Positions 37,550 through 47,261 of a stretch of 64,000 bases of DNA are shown here, in pieces; within the stretch, counting starts at the first letter, position 1, and each line of letters begins with the position of its first letter. Both the position numbers and the translations under genes were made by a program. The DNA is from Chloroflexota bacterium. Its GTDB lineage: Bacteria > Chloroflexota > UBA11872 > VXOZ01. The stretch is from contig OZ244922.1 in NCBI GenBank assembly GCA_965221905.1, forward strand, positions 704,001 through 768,000. The letters run 5' to 3'. The notes beneath the pieces were generated by a model. It did not search any database and was not told where the DNA came from. It saw nothing but the letters and a program-made list of their open reading frames with translations.

Positions 37550-38287
37550 TCAACACTGCCTCAACATCCCACCGGCAATCAGAGGCGGCACTTCCGAAAG
37601 CTGAGTGACGGTGGGAGCGGTAACCGTCTGCTCAGAGCGCGTGCGATTTAGCCAAATACAGTGCCAACCTGCCGAAATTGCACCACCAACGTCTGCCTGA
37701 GGGTTGTCCCCGATGAAGAGCAGTTCGCTGGGTTTGAGGCCCAATTCCTCAGCACTTCGTTCGAAAATCTCCCGCTGCGGCTTGGCCACACCAATGTCTC
37801 CCGAGATAACGACGGAAGTAAAATTCTCAGCAATACCTGTTCGCTGTAGCTTTTGCCGTTGCTGATTGCCGTCGCCGTTGGTGATCAGGCCCAAGGGGTA
37901 CGCCGAGAGCGCCTCAAGGCAGGGCAATACGTCAGGATAGAGCGACCAGCTATCCTCGTACAAAGCGAGGTAGCGTGCGAAAATGTCGCTCACTTCTTCG
38001 TCGGTGAGCGGCTGGCTGTCGGGTTCGGAATCTTGCTGCATTGCGAGTACCTGCTGTACCCGCCAGGTGCGCTGCGCGGCAAAGGTCAATTCACCTGCTA
38101 CATAGCGTTGCCAGCCACGCTCCGCCGCTGCATGCCAAGCGGCGGCAAAGTCTGGAAAGGCAAGCCACCGCTGCGGCTCATTCCCACCAGCAAGAAGTGT
38201 GGGATAGAGTCTGGACAACGCCGCAAGTTCGGCGGCGTCATGGTCGAGCAGCGTACCATCCAGATCAAAGACAATTCCGCGAATCAT
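37550..38287 (-). CDS. HAD-superfamily hydrolase (YjjG-like)
   Basis: FDLDGTL, ITNG, KP and IGDNPQADV motifs I-IV. Confidence 0.92.
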   Translation of the reverse strand: MIRGIVFDLDGTLLDHDAAELAALSRLYPTLLAGGNEPQRWLAFPDFAAAWHAAAERGWQRYVAGELTFAAQRTWRVQQVLAMQQDSEPDSQPLTDEEVSDIFARYLALYEDSWSLYPDVLPCLEALSAYPLGLITNGDGNQQRQKLQRTGIAENFTSVVISGDIGVAKPQREIFERSAEELGLKPSELLFIGDNPQADVGGAISAGWHCIWLNRTRSEQTVTAPTVTQLSEVPPLIAGGMLRQC

Positions 38288-38563
38288 TGATTCACCTTGG
38301 TTTTCAGTTCACGTAGGGAATTCTAACTCCAAAGAGGAAGCCGCAACGAATTGCCTTAGGCCCGGCGCTCAATGCCTTGTCTAAGTGTCAAAGCCGAATC
38401 GGCAAAATGGTTGGAAACTCTTCCTCAACATTTCAGAGAGAGAGCATCTCTTATATATGGTACATTTTGTCGGAATGCAGTAACAGTCGCTTTCAATAGA
38501 CAAGAGAGTACATGGCAGGGCCATTCGAGATTCGCGACCCGATTCATGGCTTTATCGAGTTAG

Positions 38564-39749
38564 GAAAGGTCTGAGCAAGTCGGGATATGCATCGGTTTAT
38601 GGGTATGTGCGGGATTGTGGGGTGGTTTGAGGTGTGTCTTGGCATGTGGGAGGGGCTGTTTTGGCTTTGATGCGGTCCCGTTGGAAGCGCAATACGCTCC
38701 TGGCCGTGTTTTGGGCGCACTGCTCCCGTGTCATGTTGCCAACTGGCGTGCGGCCGTCATCACATTGGTCAGCCCCAGCAGCAACGCCAGCCGTTGCCTG
38801 TTCTTGGACAGACCCCGGTAGCGCACCGTGGCGTAGCCGAAGTGCCGCTTCACCCACAGGAACGGATGCTCTACTTTGGCCCTAACCGATGCTTTGCGCT
38901 GCTCTGCCAGCGCCGCCGCGCTCTCAGGCGCCAGTTTCCGCCGCAGCCCCGGCTTGAGCGCCACCTGCCACGCTACGGCGCGCCCCTGATGCTCCGGTCG
39001 CTTCTGCACCCCCACGTACCCGGCGTCTCCCCACACCTGCTGCTCTGCGCCGTGCAGCAACGCCGCCGCTTGCGTTACGTCGTGCACGTTGGCCGATGTG
39101 GTGGTGAAGCTATGCACGAGCCCCGTCTGTGCGTCGACGCCGATGTGCAGCTTCATCCCAAAGTAATACTGGTTCCCCTTCTTCACCTGCCGCATCGCCG
39201 GGTCTCGCTCCCCCTCTCGGTTCTTCGTCGATGTCGGCGCCGCGATGATGGTCGCGTCCACTACCGTCCCCGCTCGCAGCCGCAAGCCCCGACCTGCCAA
39301 ATGCGCGTTGATCTCCGCCAACAACCCCTCTCCTAACCGGTGCTTCTCCAGCAAATGCCGAAAGTGCAGAATAGTCGTCTCGTCCGGCAGCGCCTCTGAC
39401 AGCCGCAGCCCCACGAACCGCCGCACCGGTTCTACCTCGTACAGCATGTCCTCCATCCCAGGATCGCTCAGGTTGTAGAACAACTGCACGCAGTGTATCC
39501 GCAGCATTACCGACAAGGGATACGGCCGCCGCCCCCGCCCTGGCTTGGGATAGTACGGCGCAATGCGCGCCTCCATCTCCGCCCACGGGAGCAGCGCGTC
39601 CATCCGCTCCAAGAACTTCTCCCGGCGCGTCTTGCGCTTCTTCTGCGCGTACTCCAAGTCGGCAAACGTCGGTTGCTCCATTACCCAGCTCCTCACCGTA
39701 TCCTGCTTTCTTGCTATGATACTATGCCAGGGACTTGTTCAGAGTTTTC
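38564..39749 (-). mobile_element. IS5-family insertion sequence, 1186 bp
   Basis: Imperfect 18-bp terminal inverted repeats GAAAGGTCTGAGCAAGTC / GACTTGTTCAGAGTTTTC; TTAG target duplication at 38560-38563 and 39750-39753. Confidence 0.95.
38731..39681 (-). CDS. IS5-family DDE transposase
   Basis: KTRREKFL, YNLSDPGMED, PDETTILHFRH, VDATII, FGMKLHIGVD, GDAGY, RAKVEHPF, RYRGL; frame intact. Confidence 0.97.
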   Translation of the reverse strand: MEQPTFADLEYAQKKRKTRREKFLERMDALLPWAEMEARIAPYYPKPGRGRRPYPLSVMLRIHCVQLFYNLSDPGMEDMLYEVEPVRRFVGLRLSEALPDETTILHFRHLLEKHRLGEGLLAEINAHLAGRGLRLRAGTVVDATIIAAPTSTKNREGERDPAMRQVKKGNQYYFGMKLHIGVDAQTGLVHSFTTTSANVHDVTQAAALLHGAEQQVWGDAGYVGVQKRPEHQGRAVAWQVALKPGLRRKLAPESAAALAEQRKASVRAKVEHPFLWVKRHFGYATVRYRGLSKNRQRLALLLGLTNVMTAARQLAT

Positions 39750-40990
39750 TTAGATGAATGGGAGCGCGATATAGTCAATCATCCAGTGTTTCAGCGCTTG
39801 CGCCGAATTCGCCAATTGGGACTGACGGACATGGTCTATCCCGGAGCAACGCACTCTCGATTCGAACACTCGCTCGGCGTCATGCACGTTGCCACGAGGA
39901 TGTTCGAAGCGATCGTGGATCGTAGGCGGGATTTTCTTAGAGCCGCGTACAAATACGATGATGCGGGGCTTGCCCGGGACAAAAGGATTCTCAGACTAGC
40001 AGCATTGCTGCATGACGTAGGCCACGCTCCCTTCTCACATGGTGGCGAGGGCTTGATGCCGGAGATTGAAAAAGATAGGCAATTTGGGCATGAGCAATAC
40101 TCGGCTGCTATAGTCGCTAACTTGATGAGAGACGTGATTGAAAGCCATCCCCTCAATCAAAACCATGAGATAAAGGCGCAAGACATTGCAGATTTCTTAG
40201 AAGGCAAGGCATCTGTAGGTCGACGTCTGCTTTGGGCGAATCTGGTTGACGGGCAGTTGGACGCCGATCGCGCTGATTATCTCTTAAGAGACTCACACCA
40301 CATTGGTGTGACTTATGGGCACTTCGATCTGCAGAGACTGCTAACAACACGAACTGTTGTGGAGGATTCGGATCGCGGATCGCCTGCCTTAGCCGTCGAA
40401 GAAGGAGGCCTACATGCTGCCGAAGGCCTGATCATCGCGCGTTACATGATGTTTACACAGGTTTATTTTCATCGAGTTCGACGCGCGTACGACCGCCACT
40501 TGGCTGGAGCTTTGCGAATGTTGCTCGAGCAATCTGGGGGTTTCTTTCCTCCACCTATAGGCGAGAAGAATCTTGGGGAATTCATTGAGTGGGAGGATTG
40601 GCGTGTCTTGGGGCGACTTGCATCAAGAGATGGCGGTTCGGATGGAGAGATCATCCGATCTCGAAACCATGACCGCTGCGTATTCGAAACGCCCGAATCA
40701 CCGGAACTTAAGGATCGGGAGCTTCTAGCGGAAATTCGAGTGGAATTAGCTGATAGAATAAGCTTTGTAGATACAGCAGAGAAGTCCCTGTATAAGTTCG
40801 ACAACTCAGAAGTGTGGATCCTCCGCGACGCTAGGCGGGGAACGGATAGCGTCGACAGTCTTTCCAATTTGTCCTCGGTAGTTAGAGGTCTAAGGGCAGT
40901 AAATCAACGTCGCTTGTATGTGCCTATGGCACAACGTGACCACTGCCGGAAGGTCGTTGAACGTTTGACGGGAAATCGGGAGTAGTTTAA

Positions 40991-41560
40991 ATGAAAACGG
41001 ACTTACGCTTAGAATGGGAAAGATACGCGCTAATTGTAGAATTAGCAAAGCGCCTCCAAGGCAATAGCTGGCAATTTGGCAAAACGGCGCTGCAAAAGCT
41101 CATCTACCTCTTACAGGAAGTGTACAACGTAGACTGTGGCTATGAATTTCGTCTCTACACCTATGGGCCGTTCACGTCGCAAGTGTTGCAGGACCTTGAT
41201 CTGGTCGAATCGTTTGGTGGGGTCAAAGTCATCCCTAAGCGCGAGGGTCTTGATGGTTATCAAATAGAGCCAAATGGTAACTGCGAACGCGTTAAGGAGA
41301 AGGCGACAAATTATCTAGATGAAATTAGCGATGACTTAGACACACTAATCTCAGAGTATGGCCGCTTTTCTGCCAAAGAACTAGAGATGCGGGCAACGAT
41401 AGTCTTTGTGGAACGAGAGATGAATAGAGACCATGGCTCAGTATTGAGAGAGGCACTCGTGCGGGTAGTAAGCGACATCAAGCCCTACTTCACCGAGGAG
41501 GAGATTGAAGCTGCCGTGGAAGAGCTCCAAGCGAAGGGACATTTGGAGGTGGCAGGGTGA
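40991..41560 (+). CDS. YwgA / Panacea (DUF4065, SocA)-like protein
   Basis: GKTALQKLIYLLQE...YEFRLYTYGPF signature; starts 5 bp after the HD gene stop. Confidence 0.7.
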   Translation: MKTDLRLEWERYALIVELAKRLQGNSWQFGKTALQKLIYLLQEVYNVDCGYEFRLYTYGPFTSQVLQDLDLVESFGGVKVIPKREGLDGYQIEPNGNCERVKEKATNYLDEISDDLDTLISEYGRFSAKELEMRATIVFVEREMNRDHGSVLREALVRVVSDIKPYFTEEEIEAAVEELQAKGHLEVAG

Positions 41561-43335
41561 TGGATTCTAGACTGACTGGCCGTTACGCTTCTCTAGCGAT
41601 CAATGTGCCCATGCCCCCGCCGCATTGGGCGTTGTTGGAGCGGGAGTTGTTGCGGGCGCAGGAAGCTGCGTGCGCGGCGTTCTATGCCAAGTACTTCGAC
41701 GAGCGCGGCTACTTGCTTTGCATCCCGCGCTGGGGCGGGAACGACGGCCCCGACGACGCGGGTGAAAACTTGCTCAATTGGCCCATGCTCCACGCGCTCG
41801 GCGCCTCGGACAGCGTCTTGGCAATGTATAAGCAGGGCTGGGACGGACATCTGCGCCAGTATTCCGAGGCAAAGACCGTGCATGTGCCCATGGCCCGTGA
41901 AGGCATGTACTACAAAGAATTCTCCGTGATGTTCGACTGGATGCATCACGGCGAGTGGATCTCGCCGTTTATCCTGGAGCCGCTTAGTAATCCGGCAGAT
42001 CACCGCTACGAGCAGCGTATCCGCCGCTATGCCGGATTCTACATGGATGAAGACCCACAAGCACTGAATTACGACCCGGAGCATAACCTCATCCGCAGCA
42101 TGTTCAACGGCAGCCGAGGACCGATGCTGCGCAAGTCTACCGCGCTCGACTGGGCAGGCGACCCCATCGAGGTGGCGGGGCGCTTCGATGCCAAGCACGG
42201 CGAAAACAGTTTTTCCCAGATGCTCGACCACTTCCGGGACTATAACGACGTCGCGGGCGATCATCCCCTTAACCTCGCCGTCACTACTGTCGCTCTTACC
42301 GCCTTTGCCCTCACCGGCGAAGCCAAGTACCGCGACTGGATAGTCCGGTACGTGGACGGTTGGGTGGCGCACACCAAAGCGAACAACGGCATCATACCCA
42401 CGAATATTGGGCTGGATGGTTCCCTAGGCGGCGCGTGCGACGGCAAGTGGTATGGCGGCGTCTACGGCTGGGGCTTCTCCGTGATCGACCATAATACCGG
42501 CAAACTCGCGCACCGTCCGGCGTTCCAGCAACGCGCCGTCTACGGCTTTGGCAACGCGCTGCTCATGACCGGCGACCAGAGCTACCTCGCCGTCTGGCGC
42601 GAGATGCTGGATGCTGTGAATGCTAATGAGAAGATCGTTGACGGCAAGCCCACGTACCCCTACATGTACGGCGACGCGTATGGCGAAGAGGGCTGGTATG
42701 ATTTTCGGCCGGAGCCGTTTGCGGCCGGGGCCCATGAACTCTACTACCTGTCGATGGACCCGCAGGACTTGGCCCGTGCGCCGCAGGACCCCTGGTACGA
42801 CTTCCTGGCCGGCAGGAACCCCGACTATCCGGTGGAAGCGCTGCAGCGCGACTATGCGACTGTGCGGCAGCGGATAGAGAAGGTGCGGCGCGACGCTACC
42901 ACAACGGACACCCGGCTCTCCGATGATATGAACGCCTTCAATCCCGCCATTACCGACGCGCTCATCCGGCTTACGCTCGGGGGCTTCCCAACGGGACGCG
43001 AGGGCGGGCCGCTCTATTGCCGCCTACGCTACTTCGATCCTGCCCGCCGCCGTGCCGGGCTGCCGGAAGACGTAGCGGCTCTTGTCGATCACCTAACGGC
43101 CGCGGAAGTTGGCGTAACGCTCGTTAACCTCGATCCCGTGGAAGAACGCACGCTCATCGTGCAGGGCGGCGCGTATGCGGAACACCAGTTTATCAGTGCC
43201 ACGGCTGGGGGCATTACGACTGAGGTGAACGGCCCAAACCTTGTCGTCCGTCTCGCGCCCGGCGCAGGTGAGCGCATCACGCTCACCATGCAACGCTACG
43301 CGAACCAGCCGACGCTCCGATTTCCGTGGGTGTAA
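41557..43335 (+). CDS. Hypothetical 592-aa protein, possibly an alpha/alpha-barrel enzyme
   Basis: Long high-GC ORF rich in W/Y/D/G; GTGA overlap with the previous gene; no family recognised. Confidence 0.8.
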   Translation: MMDSRLTGRYASLAINVPMPPPHWALLERELLRAQEAACAAFYAKYFDERGYLLCIPRWGGNDGPDDAGENLLNWPMLHALGASDSVLAMYKQGWDGHLRQYSEAKTVHVPMAREGMYYKEFSVMFDWMHHGEWISPFILEPLSNPADHRYEQRIRRYAGFYMDEDPQALNYDPEHNLIRSMFNGSRGPMLRKSTALDWAGDPIEVAGRFDAKHGENSFSQMLDHFRDYNDVAGDHPLNLAVTTVALTAFALTGEAKYRDWIVRYVDGWVAHTKANNGIIPTNIGLDGSLGGACDGKWYGGVYGWGFSVIDHNTGKLAHRPAFQQRAVYGFGNALLMTGDQSYLAVWREMLDAVNANEKIVDGKPTYPYMYGDAYGEEGWYDFRPEPFAAGAHELYYLSMDPQDLARAPQDPWYDFLAGRNPDYPVEALQRDYATVRQRIEKVRRDATTTDTRLSDDMNAFNPAITDALIRLTLGGFPTGREGGPLYCRLRYFDPARRRAGLPEDVAALVDHLTAAEVGVTLVNLDPVEERTLIVQGGAYAEHQFISATAGGITTEVNGPNLVVRLAPGAGERITLTMQRYANQPTLRFPWV

Positions 43336-43447
43336 GAAGATAGGATGTGCCTCAAAAGTTGTCCGTTCCTGCTGAGCACTTCGACAAGCCCAGCACAGGC
43401 CTGTCGAAGCATGAACGGACATCGCGCCGTTGCCCATTCGTATCGCC

Positions 43448-44464
43448 TTACGCAGGAGAGGTCTCGCTGCTGTTGAGCAGAGCCGCCACGCGCTCGTTGA
43501 TCTTGCCGGTGACGTCCTTGGCGACGGTCTGTTGGGCCAGACGCAGGGTGCTGGCGATGGCCTTGGCGTTGGAGCGGCCGTGGGCGATGATGACGGCCTT
43601 GTTCAGTCCCACCAGTGGGGCGCCGCCGTACTCCTCGTAGTCCAAGCGCACGCGGACACGGTCGAAAGCCGGTTTTGCCAGCAACGCGCCGAGCATCGTG
43701 CGTGGGTTAGCGCGCAGCTCCGTCTTCAGCAACGTGCCGAAGAACTCGGCAGCGCCTTCCATTGTCTTGAGCGCTATGTTGCCGGTATAGCCGTCGCACA
43801 CCACCACGTCCACCGTGTCGGTGAGAATATGGCGTCCCTCGATGTTGCCGACGAAGTTGAGCGGAGCTTCCTTCAGCAGCGCGTAGGCTGCCAGAGAGAG
43901 TTCGTTCCCTTTGGTTGGCTCTTCGCCAATTGAAAGCAAGCCGACGCGGGGATTTGGCACGCCGTACACCCGAGTGGAATAGATGCTGCCCATGAGGCCG
44001 AATTGTTGGAGTTGACGCGGCTTGCAGTCGGCGTTGGCTCCCATGTCGATGAGGAGCGTCGGGTGCGTTGTACGGGCGGGAATCAGAGCGATGAGCGCCG
44101 GACGGCTGATACCGGTAATGCGTCCGAACGCCATGAGCGCCGCTGCCATCGTCGCTCCACTGTGACCGGCGCTTACTAGTGCTTTCCCCTCCCCTCCCTT
44201 TACCAGGTCGCAGGCGACACGGATTGACGACTGGGGACGTTGCCGCACAGCCGTGGCGTGATCGTGCATGGTAATAACGTCCGGCGCGTGGCGGATCGTC
44301 AGCGGCAGGTCGGCAGTGTCGTGTTTGCGCAGCTCAGCTTCCAGGAGGTCGTGTTGGCCGACGAGGATGATTGGTATGGTGGAGGAACGCGTGGCCTGTA
44401 CCGCTCCGGCAACGATTGCCTGCGGGGCTAGATCGCCGCCCATTGCGTCGAGCACGATTGCCAA
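43448..44464 (-). CDS. plsX: Phosphate acyltransferase PlsX
   Basis: IVLDAMGGDLAP, SAGHSGA, DMGANADC, GEEPTKG, VVVCDGYTGN, AHGRS. Confidence 0.96.
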   Translation of the reverse strand: MAIVLDAMGGDLAPQAIVAGAVQATRSSTIPIILVGQHDLLEAELRKHDTADLPLTIRHAPDVITMHDHATAVRQRPQSSIRVACDLVKGGEGKALVSAGHSGATMAAALMAFGRITGISRPALIALIPARTTHPTLLIDMGANADCKPRQLQQFGLMGSIYSTRVYGVPNPRVGLLSIGEEPTKGNELSLAAYALLKEAPLNFVGNIEGRHILTDTVDVVVCDGYTGNIALKTMEGAAEFFGTLLKTELRANPRTMLGALLAKPAFDRVRVRLDYEEYGGAPLVGLNKAVIIAHGRSNAKAIASTLRLAQQTVAKDVTGKINERVAALLNSSETSPA

Positions 44465-44572
44465 GCAGAATCCTCCTTGTGGTTTTGTTACCCTACTGCG
44501 GCTGGCATCATTATACTACTAGGCAACGCCCTGATGAATTGTCTAGGACTAGCCCTGGCTGAGGAGCGCAGA

Positions 44573-45427
44573 ATGCAGACCCGAAAGTCCGCCAACATCA
44601 TTGGACACAGAGATGTGTATTCCGTGTCTCTACTGTGGAAGACGTTCCTTCTCTCTCTAATGCTGTTGTGCTCGCCCATAATGGCGTCAGGTTGTGCATC
44701 GCAGCAGACTACGACACTCGTTGTGTACGCCGCGTCATCACTCACGGAGGCGTTTACGGCCATCGGCGCGGAGTTCGAGGCGCGCAACGCCGACGTGCGG
44801 GTTATCTTCAATTTTGCCGGTTCCCAGGCACTCAGTACGCAGATAGAGCACGGCGCCGTAGCCGATGCCTTCGCCTCGGCAGACACCCTACACATGGACC
44901 GTTTGCAGGAGATGAATCTGCTGGCTGAAGGGCCCGTAGTCTTTGCGCAAAACCGCCTGATCGTGGTGCTGCCCGCGGCAAATCCGGCCGGGCTAACCAG
45001 TTTGGGAGACCTTGCCCGTCCCGGTGTGCGTATCGTTATCGCGCAGCAAAATGTGCCCGTGGGCCGCTACACGCGGCAGGTGCTTGCAAACCTGAGCGCC
45101 GACGCCATATACGGGAGCAGCTTTCAGGCAGCCGTGCTTGCCAACGTTCGTTCGGAGGAACTCAACGTGCGCCAGGTATTCGCGAAAGTTGTGCTCGGTG
45201 AAGCGGATGCGGCCTTCGTCTACGCGAGCGACGTTGGCGCGTCAACCGCCGACGTTGCGACCATTGAGATTCCTGAGCAATCTAATGTAGCGGCGGCGTA
45301 TCCAATCGCGCTGCTGGCGGCTTCTAAAGAGAAAGCGCTCGCGCAGCGTTTCATTGAGTTCGTGCGTTCTCCAATGGCGCAGGATATCTTGTGGCAGGCG
45401 GGACTGCAGCCGGTAGAAACGCAATGA
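44573..45427 (+). CDS. modA: Molybdate ABC transporter binding lipoprotein
   Basis: Lipobox ASGC, VYAASSL, FNFAGS, VPVGRY, NVRQV, GEADAAFVYASD. Confidence 0.92.
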   Translation: MQTRKSANIIGHRDVYSVSLLWKTFLLSLMLLCSPIMASGCASQQTTTLVVYAASSLTEAFTAIGAEFEARNADVRVIFNFAGSQALSTQIEHGAVADAFASADTLHMDRLQEMNLLAEGPVVFAQNRLIVVLPAANPAGLTSLGDLARPGVRIVIAQQNVPVGRYTRQVLANLSADAIYGSSFQAAVLANVRSEELNVRQVFAKVVLGEADAAFVYASDVGASTADVATIEIPEQSNVAAAYPIALLAASKEKALAQRFIEFVRSPMAQDILWQAGLQPVETQ

Positions 45428-46284
45428 GCCGCTCGCCGTCACCGCCCTCATTCCCTCGCAAGCGGGAAGCCAGCACCCCTCGCTCCACAGGGAGTGACAC
45501 CGGTCTGCGCTCGCTCTTTCTCGTCCCAGCGCTGCTCTTCGCGGCCTTTGTGGCGCTGCCGTTGCTGGCGCTGATTCTGCGCGCCGCAATGACGGGAAAC
45601 CTGCTGCAGCAGCTTGCACAGCCGATTGTGCTGAGCGCCCTCAGGCTCAGCGCGCTGACGAGTCTGGCATCGCTTTTCATCATCGTGCTCGTCGGGACGC
45701 CCACCGCCTACTTGCTCGCACGGAGCACGTTCCCCGGCAAGCGGCTCTTGGATGTCTTGATAGATGTGCCGTTGGCGCTGCCGCCCGTGGTTGTCGGCGT
45801 TGCCTTGCTGCTTGTCTTCGGCCGCCTGGGAGTGCTGGGACGGTGGCTCCAGCCGCTCGGCATTGAGATTGCGTTCACGACCCTTGCGGTGGTGTTGGCG
45901 CAGGTATTCGTTGCCGCGCCCTTCTACGTGCGGTCGGCGAAGATCGGTTTCGCGCGGGTTGAACCGGAGCTTGAAGAGATTGCCGTCACGCTCGGCGCAT
46001 CGACCTGGCAGACGTTGCGCTACGTCACCGTGCCGCTGGCGTGGCCCGCGCTTGTGGGTGGCGCTGTGCTGAGCTGGGCGCGGGCGCTGGGCGAGTTTGG
46101 CGCTACCATTATGTTCGCCGGTAACTTCACCGGTCGCACGCAGACGATGCCCCTGGCCATCATGACGGCGTTGGAGTCCGATCTCCAGACCGCCATCGTA
46201 TTGGCGACATTGTTGGTGATAGCCACTTTTGTCGCTCTCTTTCTCTTCCGTTGGATCGGTCGGCGTTTTGGGGACGTGTGGTAG
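45424..46284 (+). CDS. modB: Molybdate ABC transporter permease
   Basis: PLALPPVVVG and WARALGEFGATIMFAGN.GRTQTMPLAI; ATGA-coupled to modA. Confidence 0.92.
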   Translation: MSRSPSPPSFPRKREASTPRSTGSDTGLRSLFLVPALLFAAFVALPLLALILRAAMTGNLLQQLAQPIVLSALRLSALTSLASLFIIVLVGTPTAYLLARSTFPGKRLLDVLIDVPLALPPVVVGVALLLVFGRLGVLGRWLQPLGIEIAFTTLAVVLAQVFVAAPFYVRSAKIGFARVEPELEEIAVTLGASTWQTLRYVTVPLAWPALVGGAVLSWARALGEFGATIMFAGNFTGRTQTMPLAIMTALESDLQTAIVLATLLVIATFVALFLFRWIGRRFGDVW

Positions 46285-46544
46285 GCACCGGGCATGAAAC
46301 ACCCTCTCCCTCGATGGATGTAAAGACCGGGGTGAGGGTGAAACTGCCGATAGACGCGCCATTGAGGGGAAGAGCGCCAGCATTTGTTCAATCTCGGCAA
46401 GCCGCAGGTTGCAAACCTGCGCTACCGGTCGGGAGTGGAGTGCTCTAGTGACTGCGGTCTACGGTAGGTTGATAGCTAACATGCACGCGGAGCACAAAAA
46501 GTAAGCGACTGCGAATGCACTGTGTGTGCAGAAAGGAAAGAGTG

Positions 46545-47261
46545 ATGGCTTCAAATGATACTACAGTAACGTGGCTGGGGCATGCCGCGTTCAGCATCAT
46601 GACGCCGGAAGGGAAAGTCGTGCTCATCGACCCATTTCTCTCCGGGAACCCTGTATGTCCGGCCAATCTCAAAGAACCTCAGACCGTGGACGTGATCCTC
46701 ATCACGCACGGTCACGGCGATCACCTAGGGGATGCTGTGCCGCTCGCGGCTCGCACCCAGCCGGAGGCCGTGGTTACGACGGCCGACATTTCCTATTGGC
46801 TGGGAAAGCAAGGTGTTGGTAACGTCATAGGGATGAACAAGGGCGGTACGATTCGCGTGGCCGACCTTGCCGTTATGATGGTGCACGCCGAGCACACCAG
46901 TACAATTATGGATGGCGACATGCTGATACCGGCGGGAGAGAGCGTCGGCTACGTGGTCACGTTCTCCAACGGTCTGAAGCTCTACGTCGCTGGCGATACG
47001 GCGCTCTTTGGCGACATGGCCCTAATCGGCCGCCGCTATCGGCCCGACGCGGCAATCCTGCCCATCGGCGACCATTTCACGATGGGGCCGGATGACGCGG
47101 CGGAAGCCTGCCGCTTGCTGGGCGTAAAGCGGGTCATTCCGTGCCACTACGGCACCTTCCCCCTGCTCACGGGCACGCCCGCGGCGTTCCGCGCGGCGGC
47201 GCAGGACATTGGCGACTTGGAAATCTGCGAGTTGCAGCCGGGGGAGACGATCCGCTTGTAA
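46545..47261 (+). CDS. Metallo-beta-lactamase-fold hydrolase (UPF0173-like)
   Basis: WLGHA, IDPF, THGHGDH, AGDTALFGDM, LPIGDHFTMGP, PCHYGTF. Confidence 0.92.
   Translation: MASNDTTVTWLGHAAFSIMTPEGKVVLIDPFLSGNPVCPANLKEPQTVDVILITHGHGDHLGDAVPLAARTQPEAVVTTADISYWLGKQGVGNVIGMNKGGTIRVADLAVMMVHAEHTSTIMDGDMLIPAGESVGYVVTFSNGLKLYVAGDTALFGDMALIGRRYRPDAAILPIGDHFTMGPDDAAEACRLLGVKRVIPCHYGTFPLLTGTPAAFRAAAQDIGDLEICELQPGETIRL

Larger units (their letters stand above)
38512..40985 (+). pseudogene. HD-domain phosphohydrolase (YwfO/SAMHD1-like dNTPase) interrupted by IS5
   Basis: 5' part 38512-38563 encodes MAGPFEIRDPIHGFIEL and rejoins in frame with DEWERDIVNHPVFQRLRRIRQLG after the IS. Motifs RFEHSLG, LLHDVGHAPFSH, DADRADYL and QVYFH are intact. 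Confidence 0.9.

Noticed and set aside
39735-40985. Track ORF as an intact 416-aa HD gene
   Set aside because: Its first codons lie inside the IS5 end; the native N-terminus is at 38512.
44520-44600. Hammerhead-like CTGATGA...GAAA or Moco riboswitch before modA
   Set aside because: The stem II closing pair and flanking helices do not form, Moco motif elements are absent, and the region overlaps the modA RBS and start.
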